Positions 46,967 through 56,976 of a stretch of 64,000 nt of DNA are shown piece after piece. Position 1 is the stretch's first letter. Every line of letters begins with the position of its first letter. The DNA comes from Candidatus Rifleibacteriota bacterium (lineage in GTDB: Bacteria > Muiribacteriota > Ozemobacteria > Ozemobacterales > Ozemobacteraceae), in contig JANJUP010000022.1 in NCBI GenBank assembly GCA_024710525.1, positions 192,001 through 256,000 on the forward strand. Direction: 5' to 3'. Below the pieces are notes generated by a model that was given only the letters and a program-made list of their open reading frames with translations, made no database searches and was not told the origin of the DNA. Both the position numbers and the translations under genes were made by a program.

Positions 46967-48702
46967 AATTTATACATGGTGTGGTCGCAGGCGTGGTTGA
47001 GAGAGCTGAGCAGACTGTCGATGCTGCGCAGCGAATCAAGAAGAATGATGCTCTCAAGCGGGTCGTGCTGACTGGTTTTGATCCGGTGCAGAAGATTGCT
47101 TCTGGCGGCACGGTTCAGCATTGCCTGACTGTAAACCTGCTGTGAAATATCTTCGGCTTCCTGTTCGGTCAGCTTCAGATTCCCTATCAGGCAACCGTAG
47201 ATTTCCATGATACGTTCCATGCACAGATGGAGCTCTTCTCTTGCCTCGGGTGTCAGCGATTTGCTGTTTTCTGACTGCTCGGTCAGGAGCGCCATGAATT
47301 TTTCGAGCTGAGAAGAGATGATTTCAAGGTCTTTGCTTAGATATATGGCTCTGGTTACCTGCCGGCTGAGATTTTCCGGCAGATTTTTCTGGGCCAGAGC
47401 AATAAGAAACCGGTTGAGGTCGCGGGTAATTTCGTCACGCTGTTTACGCAGCGAGTCTATGCTGCTGGTGGCTGAGGCGATTTCGTCGATATCGCTTTCC
47501 TGGTTCTGCAGCAGCTCGTTGATCTTGATGAATTTTTTCTTCATGATGTCGGTCGCGACCTTCAACTGGGCTTCAGCCTGGGCGATGGCGACCGGTGGAG
47601 TGGCTAGAAAGCGCTTGTCAAGATTGGTGACAGTTGAGATTTCTTCTTCGGATTGTGGCAGAATTAACATTACGGCTGAGCGCAGTACCCCCGTCATCGG
47701 CAGGAAAATCATGACGTTGATCAGATTGAAAAGAGAGTGGGCATTGGCCACCTGGCGCAACGAGTCGGCAGAGGTCATCATGATCAGCTGGCAGTAATAA
47801 TGCAGAACCGGAAGAACCAGAAGGGTGCCGAATACATTGAACATGGTGTGGGCAAGGGCAGCTCTTTGAGCGGCGCGTGATGCCCCCAGCGCTGCGAGAA
47901 CCGCAGTTATGCAAGTGCCGATGTTATCGCCGAGAATGATGGGAATGGCCGCCATAAGGGCAAGGTAGGGGTCGTCACCGAAAGCGCCTGTTCCCATAAG
48001 GCTCATGGTCAGGCCGACGGTTGCCGAACTGCTTTGAACGATCAATGTGACGAACAGGCCGGCAAAAACGCCAAGAAAGCGGTTGTGGGAAAGGGCGACA
48101 AAAATCTGTTTGAAGGTTTCGTGGTCTTTGTAGGCTTTCAGGGTTTCGCCCATGAATTTCATGCCGAGAAAAAGCAGCGCGAAGCCGAGCAGAACTTCGC
48201 CCCAGGATCGATTTTTGCGGCTTTTACAGATCATGATCATGGTGCTGCCGATTGCCAGAACCGGCCAGGCAAGGTCATCGAGTTTGAAGGCGATCAGCTG
48301 TGCCGTTACCGTAGTACCGATGTTGGCGCCGAGTATGACTCCGATAGCCTGTGTCAGCGTCATCAAGCCGGCATTGACGAAGCCGACGATCATGACCGTT
48401 GTGGCCGAACTGCTTTGAATCACTGCGGTAACGGCCAGACCTGTCAGCATGGCTGTGACCGGGTTTCGGGTCAGGGTCGATATAATGGCTTTCAGGCGGT
48501 TGCCGGCAATCATCTGCAGGCTGTTACTCATCATGTTCATACCGAAAATGAACATTCCGAGAGCCCCGGAAAATATTGCAAAACTGTCACAGGCTTTTTT
48601 GCCGTAAATCAGGTGAATTGCAGTTAAAGTTACCAGGAAAACGACCAATAGAAGCCATTTTGCGGCCAGTTTCAGGTTGCGACGTGTGGTTTTATTAAGC
48701 AT
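46963..48702 (-). CDS. Na+/phosphate cotransporter family protein (NptA-like with a C-terminal PhoU-like domain)
   Basis: 579 aa. It has two Na_Pi_cotrans repeats (e.g. GANIGTTVTAQLIAF / GDNIGTCITAVLAAL) and a C-terminal helical PhoU-like region. Confidence 0.8.
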   Translation of the reverse strand: MLNKTTRRNLKLAAKWLLLVVFLVTLTAIHLIYGKKACDSFAIFSGALGMFIFGMNMMSNSLQMIAGNRLKAIISTLTRNPVTAMLTGLAVTAVIQSSSATTVMIVGFVNAGLMTLTQAIGVILGANIGTTVTAQLIAFKLDDLAWPVLAIGSTMIMICKSRKNRSWGEVLLGFALLFLGMKFMGETLKAYKDHETFKQIFVALSHNRFLGVFAGLFVTLIVQSSSATVGLTMSLMGTGAFGDDPYLALMAAIPIILGDNIGTCITAVLAALGASRAAQRAALAHTMFNVFGTLLVLPVLHYYCQLIMMTSADSLRQVANAHSLFNLINVMIFLPMTGVLRSAVMLILPQSEEEISTVTNLDKRFLATPPVAIAQAEAQLKVATDIMKKKFIKINELLQNQESDIDEIASATSSIDSLRKQRDEITRDLNRFLIALAQKNLPENLSRQVTRAIYLSKDLEIISSQLEKFMALLTEQSENSKSLTPEAREELHLCMERIMEIYGCLIGNLKLTEQEAEDISQQVYSQAMLNRAARSNLLHRIKTSQHDPLESIILLDSLRSIDSLLSSLNHACDHTMYKF

Positions 48703-48772
48703 TCGCTTCTCCGGTTCAATTTTTGCGCAGTAAAAATAAAAAAGTGCGATTTAAGCAATTAATGTGCCAGAA

Positions 48773-51700
48773 TTACTTCTGCTCGATTTCGTTTTTAAGA
48801 AGGTTAAGGTCTTCGGCAATTTCATTGAGAAGCTTTTTGATTTCGGGTATGTGAGCTACGGCCTGATCGAATTTGCCATCACGGCTCAGGAATTCAATCT
48901 CTCTGGCCAGTTCAAAGGCAGTGGCGGCGGCCAGCATGCCGGCAAGACCCTTGATCGAGTGCGCCGTCTCACGCAGCCGCTCACAGTTGCTGGTACTGAC
49001 ACAATCTTCGAGATCCTTCTGGAGAATGCCGGAACGTCGCTGAAAGATCTCGTTTATCTGAAGAATGTTTTCGGGTTTCTTCAGAACACGCAACTCGAGT
49101 TCATTGCGGTCGATCTGCTTCAGACCGCTGGTGGGCGCTTTTACGATGACTTCTTCGGTCGCCGGGATCGGGCTGGTTTCTTCGGTGATTTTGTCTGCGA
49201 AAATCTCAGAAATTGCCTTTAACAGGTCTTCCGGAAAATATGGTTTGCTGATGTAGCTCTGGGCTCCGGCATCCCTGGCCATGTTTTTTTCCTGTTCGGA
49301 AGCAAAGGCACTGATGGCTATGGCTGGGATCTCTGCGGCCGGTCCAGACATTTTGCGGATTTCTCTGAGGGCGGCGATGCCGTCCATGCGCGGCATTTGA
49401 ATATCCATCAGAACCGCGTCAAAACGGTTGGCTTTAAGGGCGGCAATGGCTTCGATACCGTCGTTGACACATGTCGCAGTACCGTTGAATTTTTCAATTA
49501 TCGAGCTGGCGAGGAAAAGATTGATTTCGTTGTCATCTGCGATGAGAAAATTGAGAGGCCGGCCATCTCTGGTGAGACTTACGCTTTCAGTTGTTTCAGG
49601 CGTATGAGAGGCTGCAATCGATTTTATGGTTACCGGTATTGAAACATTGAAGGTGGTCCCTTCTTCGATGTTTGTCACGACGCCGATCTTACCACCCATG
49701 AGATCGATCAGCTGCTTGCTGATTGACAACCCCAGACTGTTGTCCCGTTTTTCATCTTTTATGTAGGGGTCGTTGAAAACAAAGGCGCCAAAAAGGTTTT
49801 TCTGCATCTGTTCAGAATTTCCGGCCCGGGAATCGGAAACGGAGAACTCAATGATGCAGGCCGCGTGTGAAGTTTTCAGAAGTGAAGTATTCAGGCGCAC
49901 TTCACCGTGGTGGGCAAACTTAATGGCGTTGGCAAGAAGGTTAAGCAGAATCTGGCGAATGCGGTCCGGGTCCGAGATGACCATTTCAGGCACATCCGGA
50001 TTGATTTTTAGAAGTGTGCGGACCGACTTCTTTTCGGCCTGAAATTGAATTATTTCGACGAGATCTTTCAGCAGCAGATGCAGGTTGAACTGAACTGGAT
50101 TGATGGTGAGCTTTCCTGAGGCAATCTGCGCCAGGTCGAAGATGTCGTTGAGAAGCGTCAGCATCGACTTGCTCGAAGATCTGATCAGCTCAAGCATGTG
50201 TTTCTGTCGGTCATCGGCGCAATTTGAAGCGGCCAGCTCCGTCAGACCAATTATTGCAGTCATCGGTGTTCTGATTTCGTGGCTGGCATTGGCGAAGAAG
50301 CGCCCCTTCAGGGCATTGGCCTCTTCGGCGGCATTTTTGGCTTCTCTGAGTCGTGACTCGATTTCGCGGTGCATGGTAATATCGTGCAGAATCAGCAGCA
50401 GGGCCCTTTCCCTGTTGAATTCCATGATGGCGCCGGTTACCTCGGCCGAAAAAATTTCACCGGTCTGTTTTCTGAATTCGCGCTCGTGCTTGAACATTTT
50501 TTTTGAAGCACTGTGCCATGAATTGGTCAGATTGCGTTTTTTAGTCGGCATCAGATCGAAATAATTCATGCCTATCGCTGACTGGGTCAGCTGAAACTGG
50601 CGCAGCATGCTCTGATTGGCTTCTATTATCTTCAGGGTCACGAGAGAAACCACGAAAATGCTTTCAGGGGCATTATCGAAAAGGGTTTTGAAGCGGTTCT
50701 GGGCAACTTCGAGCGAGCGCATCACTTCTGCGGTGCGTGTAATACCATTCAGGATAACCACAAAGACAATAACAATCAGTAGAATTACCATCAAAACCCA
50801 TATCTGATTGTTGCGAACATTTGATTCCATCAGCATCAGAACTTTGCTGTCAAGCGTCTGCAACGGTTCGATGCCGAGCAGGTAGCGGGAAGCCTCGATC
50901 TCCGGAAGCTGCAGTTCGGGAAAGGCTTTGAGCGGGGTAATATTTCTGTTGGAGCGGTTCGCGATGGCAACCCGTCGGCCGAGATATGAATAGTCGCTTG
51001 AAAGAAAAACCGTTCCGGTGGCATCGGCGATCATGGCCGGGTGGTAGAGTCTGAGGGTTTTGTCGAGGTCGTCTAAATTACGCTTGACAGCACAAACACC
51101 GATTACCTGATTCTCGGGCCCGCGAATTGGATAGCTCGAATAAAACCCCAGGGTGCTTGTCAAAACGCCAATATCGATCTGTACGCCAGATTTGCCCTGC
51201 ATTGCAGATTTGAAATAATCACGGAATGAAAGGTCTTTGCCTATGAAAAGGTGTTCAAGATCTGATGAAGCATGGACAATGCCTTTCAGATCCATTACGT
51301 AGCAGATTGCTCCGGGATTATTGGCGGTAAAATTCTTCAAATAGCGGTTCAGACGCTCGAGGTTTTCGGGAGCGGGGTTGACGAAATAATCCGACATGAT
51401 CGGGGCCGAGCCCATGATGACTGATGAGGTTGACGCAAAGGCAAAGCGCTGGTCAACAATCTTGGAAAGCAGCTGAATAGTCTTTTCAAGCGTCAGGGTT
51501 GCATGCTGGTTCTGCTGCAGGGCCATTGAGTGTGACAGTCGCAGGCCGAACACAGTTACGCAAATGATAGAAATGAAGATTACGGCTGGAGCCAGTCGGC
51601 CAAAAGAAGTCTGCGTCGAGAGTTTCCCGGTGTTTTCGCGCAGATATCTCACGGCGATAACCAGAGCTGAAATACTGAGCAGGATTATCAGGTCAAGATG

Positions 51701-52297
51701 CAGAATCAGGTTAAGGACTTCTTCTGACAGCAGTGTGGCGGGAATTTCTTTAGTTACTGTGGCCAGATGCAGAAATGTTTGCAGCAGCACTGCGCAGATT
51801 GCCAGCAGAAAGCTTGAAGTTGCGACCAGGCGGTTTTCGGTTGCCAGATTTCGGGCCAGTTTAAGGCCTGCAAGCATTGCCGCACACTTGACGATCAGAA
51901 AAATGATTATCAGGCCGACATAAGTGTGCCCACCGGAAATCAGGTATAATCCGCCGATAATAGCCGCCAGGGGAATATGGAGCAGGTATGCCGGCAGTGC
52001 TTCGTCTTCATTGAACCAGGTTTTTCTGAAAAACTCTGCGACACAAAGTGTGCCGGCAAGGCGGACAAAGGCTTCGAACCAGAGAAAAACGCTCTCAGGG
52101 AAAAGGGAGTCGAACGCCATCAGAATTCTGCTTAATCCGGATGCAAAAACCCCAAGAGTCAGCCAGTGCAGCTTCAGATGCTCTTTGACTGGCGAAGAGG
52201 TTGAATTCAGCAGGGCGCCAAGAATTATCAGACACACTCCGCCGAGATAGACGTAGTAGCCTGGCAATAGAAGAAAAATGTCAGATAATGCGAGCAT
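48773..52297 (-). CDS. Hybrid sensor histidine kinase/response regulator (multi-TM sensor, PAS, HisKA, HATPase, REC, Hpt)
   Basis: 1174 aa. The N-terminal region has 7 or more TM segments, then a periplasmic domain, a further TM and a PAS domain. The H-box is SHEIRTPMTAIIGLTEL. HATPase motifs are NLLANAIKF and GLGLSISKQLIDLMGG. The receiver has DAVLMDIQMPRMDG. The C-terminal Hpt has AHSIKGLAGM. Confidence 0.85.
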   Translation of the reverse strand: MLALSDIFLLLPGYYVYLGGVCLIILGALLNSTSSPVKEHLKLHWLTLGVFASGLSRILMAFDSLFPESVFLWFEAFVRLAGTLCVAEFFRKTWFNEDEALPAYLLHIPLAAIIGGLYLISGGHTYVGLIIIFLIVKCAAMLAGLKLARNLATENRLVATSSFLLAICAVLLQTFLHLATVTKEIPATLLSEEVLNLILHLDLIILLSISALVIAVRYLRENTGKLSTQTSFGRLAPAVIFISIICVTVFGLRLSHSMALQQNQHATLTLEKTIQLLSKIVDQRFAFASTSSVIMGSAPIMSDYFVNPAPENLERLNRYLKNFTANNPGAICYVMDLKGIVHASSDLEHLFIGKDLSFRDYFKSAMQGKSGVQIDIGVLTSTLGFYSSYPIRGPENQVIGVCAVKRNLDDLDKTLRLYHPAMIADATGTVFLSSDYSYLGRRVAIANRSNRNITPLKAFPELQLPEIEASRYLLGIEPLQTLDSKVLMLMESNVRNNQIWVLMVILLIVIVFVVILNGITRTAEVMRSLEVAQNRFKTLFDNAPESIFVVSLVTLKIIEANQSMLRQFQLTQSAIGMNYFDLMPTKKRNLTNSWHSASKKMFKHEREFRKQTGEIFSAEVTGAIMEFNRERALLLILHDITMHREIESRLREAKNAAEEANALKGRFFANASHEIRTPMTAIIGLTELAASNCADDRQKHMLELIRSSSKSMLTLLNDIFDLAQIASGKLTINPVQFNLHLLLKDLVEIIQFQAEKKSVRTLLKINPDVPEMVISDPDRIRQILLNLLANAIKFAHHGEVRLNTSLLKTSHAACIIEFSVSDSRAGNSEQMQKNLFGAFVFNDPYIKDEKRDNSLGLSISKQLIDLMGGKIGVVTNIEEGTTFNVSIPVTIKSIAASHTPETTESVSLTRDGRPLNFLIADDNEINLFLASSIIEKFNGTATCVNDGIEAIAALKANRFDAVLMDIQMPRMDGIAALREIRKMSGPAAEIPAIAISAFASEQEKNMARDAGAQSYISKPYFPEDLLKAISEIFADKITEETSPIPATEEVIVKAPTSGLKQIDRNELELRVLKKPENILQINEIFQRRSGILQKDLEDCVSTSNCERLRETAHSIKGLAGMLAAATAFELAREIEFLSRDGKFDQAVAHIPEIKKLLNEIAEDLNLLKNEIEQK

Positions 52298-52320
52298 TCG
52301 AATCAGCTTTTAAGTTTTAT

Positions 52321-52476
52321 TCAGAAAAGCTGGAAGCCTGTTTTTTTCTTGATGGTTACGACAATTGCTGCGAATGAGCCGAGCAGGCAGCCAGCCCCGA
52401 GAATGAGAAAAAGAAAGCCCATCGCGCCGAGGGCCGCACCGGCGAAGCCGTAAATGTAGTTTTCCCAGTTTCTCAT
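52321..52476 (-). CDS. Small membrane protein (51 aa)
   Basis: ATG at 52476 with GGAGG 5 nt upstream. It has a single TM segment (GFAGAALGAMGFLFLILGAGCLLGSFAAIVV). It lies between speH and the histidine kinase gene. Confidence 0.5.
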   Translation of the reverse strand: MRNWENYIYGFAGAALGAMGFLFLILGAGCLLGSFAAIVVTIKKKTGFQLF

Positions 52477-52573
52477 AGTTCCTCCAGTTATTTCATTGTA
52501 CAGCTTATGTTTTTTTCGATGAAAAAGCAACCGAAAATCATCTGTTGGTGCTTAATTGGCGACCTGAGAAAAA

Positions 52574-52945
52574 TCAGGCTTCGGCAAGACTGCTGAGGCG
52601 GCGGAAAAGAATTTTCTCTGCGACATGATCGGGGCTGAATGCTTCTTTCAGCTGCTTATAGGCTTTTCTGGCTTTGTCGTGACTGCCGCAGGTGAAAATG
52701 TCGATCTGCACGGCCTGATGCTCGGGCCATGTATGCAGAGTTATGTGAGATTCGGTCAGCAGTGCCGCCGCGGTATAACCGGAGGGCTCGAACTGATGCG
52801 ACCTTATCAGAACACAGCTCAAGCCACTGGTTTCGATTGCGCGATGCAGAATCATTTCACCACTGTGGCTTCGCTCAAGCAGTTCTGGCCGGCAGCCGCT
52901 GAAATCGGCAATGATATGAATGGCATCCGGTCTCAGAGGGCCCAT
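52574..52945 (-). CDS. speH: S-adenosylmethionine decarboxylase proenzyme (small class 1a, SpeH-type)
   Basis: 123 aa. It matches bacterial/archaeal SpeH (IIADFSGC; the ESHITLHTWPE processing site at Ser of ESH). It overlaps the speE end by 13 nt. Confidence 0.85.
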   Translation of the reverse strand: MGPLRPDAIHIIADFSGCRPELLERSHSGEMILHRAIETSGLSCVLIRSHQFEPSGYTAAALLTESHITLHTWPEHQAVQIDIFTCGSHDKARKAYKQLKEAFSPDHVAEKILFRRLSSLAEA

Positions 52946-54474
52946 TTTTCCCAGCCTTCTTCGTAATATGATTTGACAACGTGAGTGTCGATGGTATTTA
53001 CGTCGGTTTCAACCCTGGCAATATCCGGTGGAAATCGGTTCATTACTTTGATGAAATCATTATTCACAAACCTTGCCGGCACAGTGATTTCGATATTCTG
53101 CCAGTCGAAAGGGGCATTCGAAGCCATGACAAAACCCCAGCTGCCAAAAGATGGAACGTAACAGTGATATGCTTCCGGCTGCAGATAAATGGTTCCTGAG
53201 GCTGTGTCGCTTTTAAAAAGCGGGTTTTCGATGGCAGCGAAGGTGTTGTAGATACACCAGAAAGCTTTATGGGCATAGAGAGGCGAAGTTGCCTGGGTTA
53301 CGATCTTGCCGCCGCGCGCCAGCTTGCCGGCCAGCAGCCGGTAAAAGGTTTTTGAATAAAGGCGGCTCAGCGACAGGTTATCGGGGTCGGGCAGATCGAT
53401 GATGATTACGTCATACATTTCCGGAACATTTTCGAGATATTTCCAGGCGTCGTCATTAACGATAAGGGTTTTGGGGTTGCGCATCGAGTCTTTGTTGAGG
53501 TCGCGCATCAGCAGATTGTCGCGGGCAAAAGTCGTTATGGCGGGGTCGATGTCCACTATGGTGATCTTTTCGACTTCGGCGAACTTGAGTATCTCTCGGG
53601 CGGCCAGGCCATCACCGCCACCGATAACCAGAATATTGCGGCGTGAATGGGCAGAAGCCATTGCCGGAAAAACCAGAGCTTCGTGATAACGGTATTCGTC
53701 CTGGCTGCTGAACTGGATGCTGCCGTTGATGAACATGCGAATATCATTTTTGGTGCGGGTAACGACGACACGCTGGTAGGGTGAAGTCGTTGAATAGATG
53801 ATTTCGTCTTTATAGAGAGTGTCTTCTGTGAAGGTCGAAATGTTGTCGGCGTAGACGAAACAGGTGCCAAGCAGAAGCATGCCGGTTACTGCCAGCGCCA
53901 GAAGGCTGTTGCGAGCTTTGAGACGGTCTTTGAAAACATAGATTGCCGAGGCGGCTACCGCCACGTTCATGGTACCGAACATCAGGCCGGTGCGAACCAA
54001 CCCCAGCTGCGGCACCAGAATGATCGGAAAAAGCAGCGAAGCGAACAGAGCGCCGGCGTAATCTACGGTCATGACATTCGAAACAACTATTTTAAGGGTG
54101 TTGTGTTCTTTGACAATGCGCAGGATGATTGGCAGTTCAAGCCCGATCAGCGTACCGATGGTCACCGAAACCAACAGCAGAAACGGCGTGTAGTTATCGA
54201 TGCGGGCAAAGGCTATGAACAGAACGATCGAGCTTAAGCCCCCGGCCATGCCGGTCAGAATTTCGACCAGCACGAACCAGTCGTGCAGTTTGTCGTTGAT
54301 GAAGCGCGATAAAAAAGAGCCAAGTCCCATCGAGCTCATAAACAGGCCGATTACCAGGGAAAACTGGTAAACAGAGTCGCCGACGAGGTAACTTGAAATG
54401 GTGCCGGCCAGCAGTTGATAAATCAGGCCGCAGACGGCAATAAGGAATACCGCGGTTAGGAGAAAAACCTGCAA
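52933..54474 (-). CDS. speE: Spermidine synthase (aminopropyltransferase) with an N-terminal multi-TM membrane domain (COG4262 type)
   Basis: The N-terminal ~200 aa carry about 7 TM segments. The PABS domain has ILVIGGGDGLAAREILKF, TIVDIDPAIT and VIIIDLPDPDN. TTG start with GAAAGG upstream. Confidence 0.85.
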   Translation of the reverse strand: MQVFLLTAVFLIAVCGLIYQLLAGTISSYLVGDSVYQFSLVIGLFMSSMGLGSFLSRFINDKLHDWFVLVEILTGMAGGLSSIVLFIAFARIDNYTPFLLLVSVTIGTLIGLELPIILRIVKEHNTLKIVVSNVMTVDYAGALFASLLFPIILVPQLGLVRTGLMFGTMNVAVAASAIYVFKDRLKARNSLLALAVTGMLLLGTCFVYADNISTFTEDTLYKDEIIYSTTSPYQRVVVTRTKNDIRMFINGSIQFSSQDEYRYHEALVFPAMASAHSRRNILVIGGGDGLAAREILKFAEVEKITIVDIDPAITTFARDNLLMRDLNKDSMRNPKTLIVNDDAWKYLENVPEMYDVIIIDLPDPDNLSLSRLYSKTFYRLLAGKLARGGKIVTQATSPLYAHKAFWCIYNTFAAIENPLFKSDTASGTIYLQPEAYHCYVPSFGSWGFVMASNAPFDWQNIEITVPARFVNNDFIKVMNRFPPDIARVETDVNTIDTHVVKSYYEEGWEKWAL

Positions 54475-54532
54475 AATTATGACCTTTCAGGCTTTCGAGA
54501 GCGAAAAGCCCGCTTGTAAAGAATGCAGTGAA

Positions 54533-54757
54533 TCAGTGCATGGCAGAAGCGATGATTATAGAAAGGCCGATCATGACCGAACCAATGATGATACCAAGTG
54601 AAGTGTTCTGATCGATTTCAATTTCCTTGCGCACCGAAAATGGCGAAATCTTGCAGATTACCCAGAAAGCGATGATATAAATTACCAGACCGATCAGAGA
54701 GTAGGCGATCGTCGAAAGAATCGGGCCGGTCGAGAGATCTGCTACGTTGGTTCCCAT
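54533..54757 (-). CDS. DUF350-family small membrane protein
   Basis: 74 aa with two TM helices. The sequence pattern is that of DUF350 (ILSTIAYSLIGLVIYIIAFWVI...GIIIGSVMIGLSIIIASAM). Confidence 0.7.
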   Translation of the reverse strand: MGTNVADLSTGPILSTIAYSLIGLVIYIIAFWVICKISPFSVRKEIEIDQNTSLGIIIGSVMIGLSIIIASAMH

Positions 54758-54811
54758 GTTATTTCTGCTCCAGATTTTATTTTGATGATCTGCGCCAGGC
54801 GCAGATAAAAG

Positions 54812-54994
54812 TTACTTACCGTGCATGAAACCGCGGTGTCCACCATGCGTATAAACACTGCGCTCACGAATATTTTTTTCCTTGCGGATCTGCGGTGTTG
54901 TCGAAAAGCCTTCTGGCCGCATGAAATCAGTTGCGATGGCCAGAACTGTAATCAGGCTGAAAATACCTGCGAACATCAGGGCTAGTTTATTCAT
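54812..54994 (-). CDS. Small membrane ORF (60 aa)
   Basis: Its start is coupled to the DUF4178 stop (TGATG). There is an N-terminal TM segment (LALMFAGIFSLITVLAIA). Confidence 0.45.
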   Translation of the reverse strand: MNKLALMFAGIFSLITVLAIATDFMRPEGFSTTPQIRKEKNIRERSVYTHGGHRGFMHGK

Positions 54995-56298
54995 CAGTCG
55001 TCATCCTCGTCGTCGTCATCGTCATGCCATCTTTTCTGCTCAAAGCTGAGGGCTTTGAAAAAGTAGGGGATGGCGAGCAGCAGGCAGGTGAAAAACCAGG
55101 CCAGCGTGTAGTGCCCAAGGCGAACGCCTTTGTAGATGTAAACATTGACATTGCCGAGCGAAAAGTCGGGTGCCGGCTGTTCAGATTCACCTGGCGCCCC
55201 TTCACCTTCTAATGACAGCTTGTAATCGCCAGGTTCTGGAATCCTGAAATAAGAAACGACTTCTGTGTCGCCTTCTGACCAGTATTCACCGTCTTCGTAG
55301 CCTTCGTAGAAGGCAAGAACGGTCGGCATGGTGAAAAACTGGTTTTCTTCGTTCCGGTCGACCACCTTGACGTCAAAAAATGACCAGGCGTTTTTGAGAT
55401 TCGGTGTGTTAACTGAAATGCCATAAAGGGAACCGGGCGTTTCAACCTTGAATTCTTTCGAGGTTTCGCCTTCCGTGAAAAGCTGGGTGCCGAATTTATG
55501 CTGCATCACCGGGGTGCCGCCTGAGGAAATTCCAAAATACATCAGCAGAGCCAGCCCGGCTGACAGCAAAGCGCCCTGCGACATGGCAGCGAAGGTCGGG
55601 TTGGTAACGAACGGCTGGCAACAGAACACGGAGAATGGCTGAATGTTTTCGATTCTGAACGCTTCGCTGATTTCGCCGGTCGAGATATATTCGCCCCAGA
55701 AGAATTCCTGCTCCTGTCCGCGCATTTCGATTGAATACATATAGGGCGGGCAGACGCCATCCATGTATCTGATCTTTTCGCCCTGCTTTGCCTGCCAGGT
55801 CATTTCGCCTTCTACGTAAGATATCTGTGCTCCGGCACTTTCAAATACCTTGAAGGCGCGGTCGCGTACCGTGAATTTTGTTTTACGCGGGCTGACAATT
55901 TCTACCGACGTTTCGGGCAGATCTTTGACCTCGTGCATCAATACGTAGTGCCCGTCTTCATAGCAGAGCCAGGCGTAGCCGTGTGTGTGCGAGAAGAGCA
56001 GATATTCGAGCCAGCGGTAGACTTCGCCGTCTTCTCTTTGCTCATACTGGATTACACCGATGGCGGTGAACAAAACCCCTCTGAGTTTGGCTGTGGCTCC
56101 TACTTTAATGGGCAAAAAGGGGCGTTTCTGATTTAAAAACTTGTGCAGCAGTTTGAATTGATCTTTGCTGTCGAGGCATGAGCCGCAATACTGGCAGACT
56201 ATAGACCTGACGTTGTGGCCGCCGCGCAGCTCGATCGAACCGCCGCACTGGGTGCAGCTGAGTTTTCGCAGTTTCAGAGGCTGGTTTGCTGTGGCCAT
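54994..56298 (-). CDS. Zinc-ribbon plus DUF4178 domain protein with a C-terminal TM segment and poly-Asp tail
   Basis: The N-terminus has CTQCGGS...CQYCGS (two CxxC pairs). A DUF4178-like region follows. The C-terminal TM segment (AWFFTCLLLAIPYFF) is followed by DDDDDEDDD. GAGGT RBS. Confidence 0.7.
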   Translation of the reverse strand: MATANQPLKLRKLSCTQCGGSIELRGGHNVRSIVCQYCGSCLDSKDQFKLLHKFLNQKRPFLPIKVGATAKLRGVLFTAIGVIQYEQREDGEVYRWLEYLLFSHTHGYAWLCYEDGHYVLMHEVKDLPETSVEIVSPRKTKFTVRDRAFKVFESAGAQISYVEGEMTWQAKQGEKIRYMDGVCPPYMYSIEMRGQEQEFFWGEYISTGEISEAFRIENIQPFSVFCCQPFVTNPTFAAMSQGALLSAGLALLMYFGISSGGTPVMQHKFGTQLFTEGETSKEFKVETPGSLYGISVNTPNLKNAWSFFDVKVVDRNEENQFFTMPTVLAFYEGYEDGEYWSEGDTEVVSYFRIPEPGDYKLSLEGEGAPGESEQPAPDFSLGNVNVYIYKGVRLGHYTLAWFFTCLLLAIPYFFKALSFEQKRWHDDDDDEDDD

Positions 56299-56300
56299 GG

Positions 56301-56915
56301 TTAAACCTCAGAAATTTCGAAAGGGTCGATCCAGACGCCACGGTAGCATTCTATGCCGCCGGTCTGGTATTCGATGGTAAACGATGCGCGCTTGGGGCCA
56401 AGAAGATCGATATAATTGTATTTTTCGCCGGGTACCGCTCTGAACGGCAGTTCGCCCTGCGCTCCGATCATAGTTGCGGTATTCATTTCGATTACCGTCA
56501 TGCGAATACGGTTGATGTTCAATACACTGCCGATTTTGAGGCTTTCGTAAGCCGGAACGTTCAGTTTGTCCTGGACAAGGGTTTCAATGGCAATTTCGCC
56601 TTCGTCGACCGATACCCAGCTTTCTTTGCCGTTATCGCTTCTGACGAACCATTCATCCCACCAGCCGTCACCGTAGTCGTACCTGACCCGGCCGACCGGC
56701 GAAAACCGCCAGTCTTTATGTCTGAAAGTTCGGCCAATCCGAAAAATGCTGGGGGTGTCGGTAAGAACGGCTGATTTTCCGATGTCTTCAAGCTTGCCAT
56801 CCTGCAGAAAACTGGTCGTATTACACGCCGGGCATACCAGAATCTGAGAAGATCTGGTAACCTGCGTGATCTGGTTGCCGCAGGAAGGGCAGGTAAGAGT
56901 TATGGCCATCCTCAA
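56301..56915 (-). CDS. Zinc-ribbon plus DUF4178 domain protein (shorter paralog)
   Basis: CPSCGN...CPACNT zinc ribbon followed by a DUF4178-like body. It is in tandem with the larger paralog. The start is the TTG at 56915 or the ATG at 56909. Confidence 0.65.
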   Translation of the reverse strand: MRMAITLTCPSCGNQITQVTRSSQILVCPACNTTSFLQDGKLEDIGKSAVLTDTPSIFRIGRTFRHKDWRFSPVGRVRYDYGDGWWDEWFVRSDNGKESWVSVDEGEIAIETLVQDKLNVPAYESLKIGSVLNINRIRMTVIEMNTATMIGAQGELPFRAVPGEKYNYIDLLGPKRASFTIEYQTGGIECYRGVWIDPFEISEV

Positions 56916-56976
56916 AACCCCCGGCAGTTGATTTATGCCTTAATGATATAACCAAATCGCAGCAAATGTCTACTGC

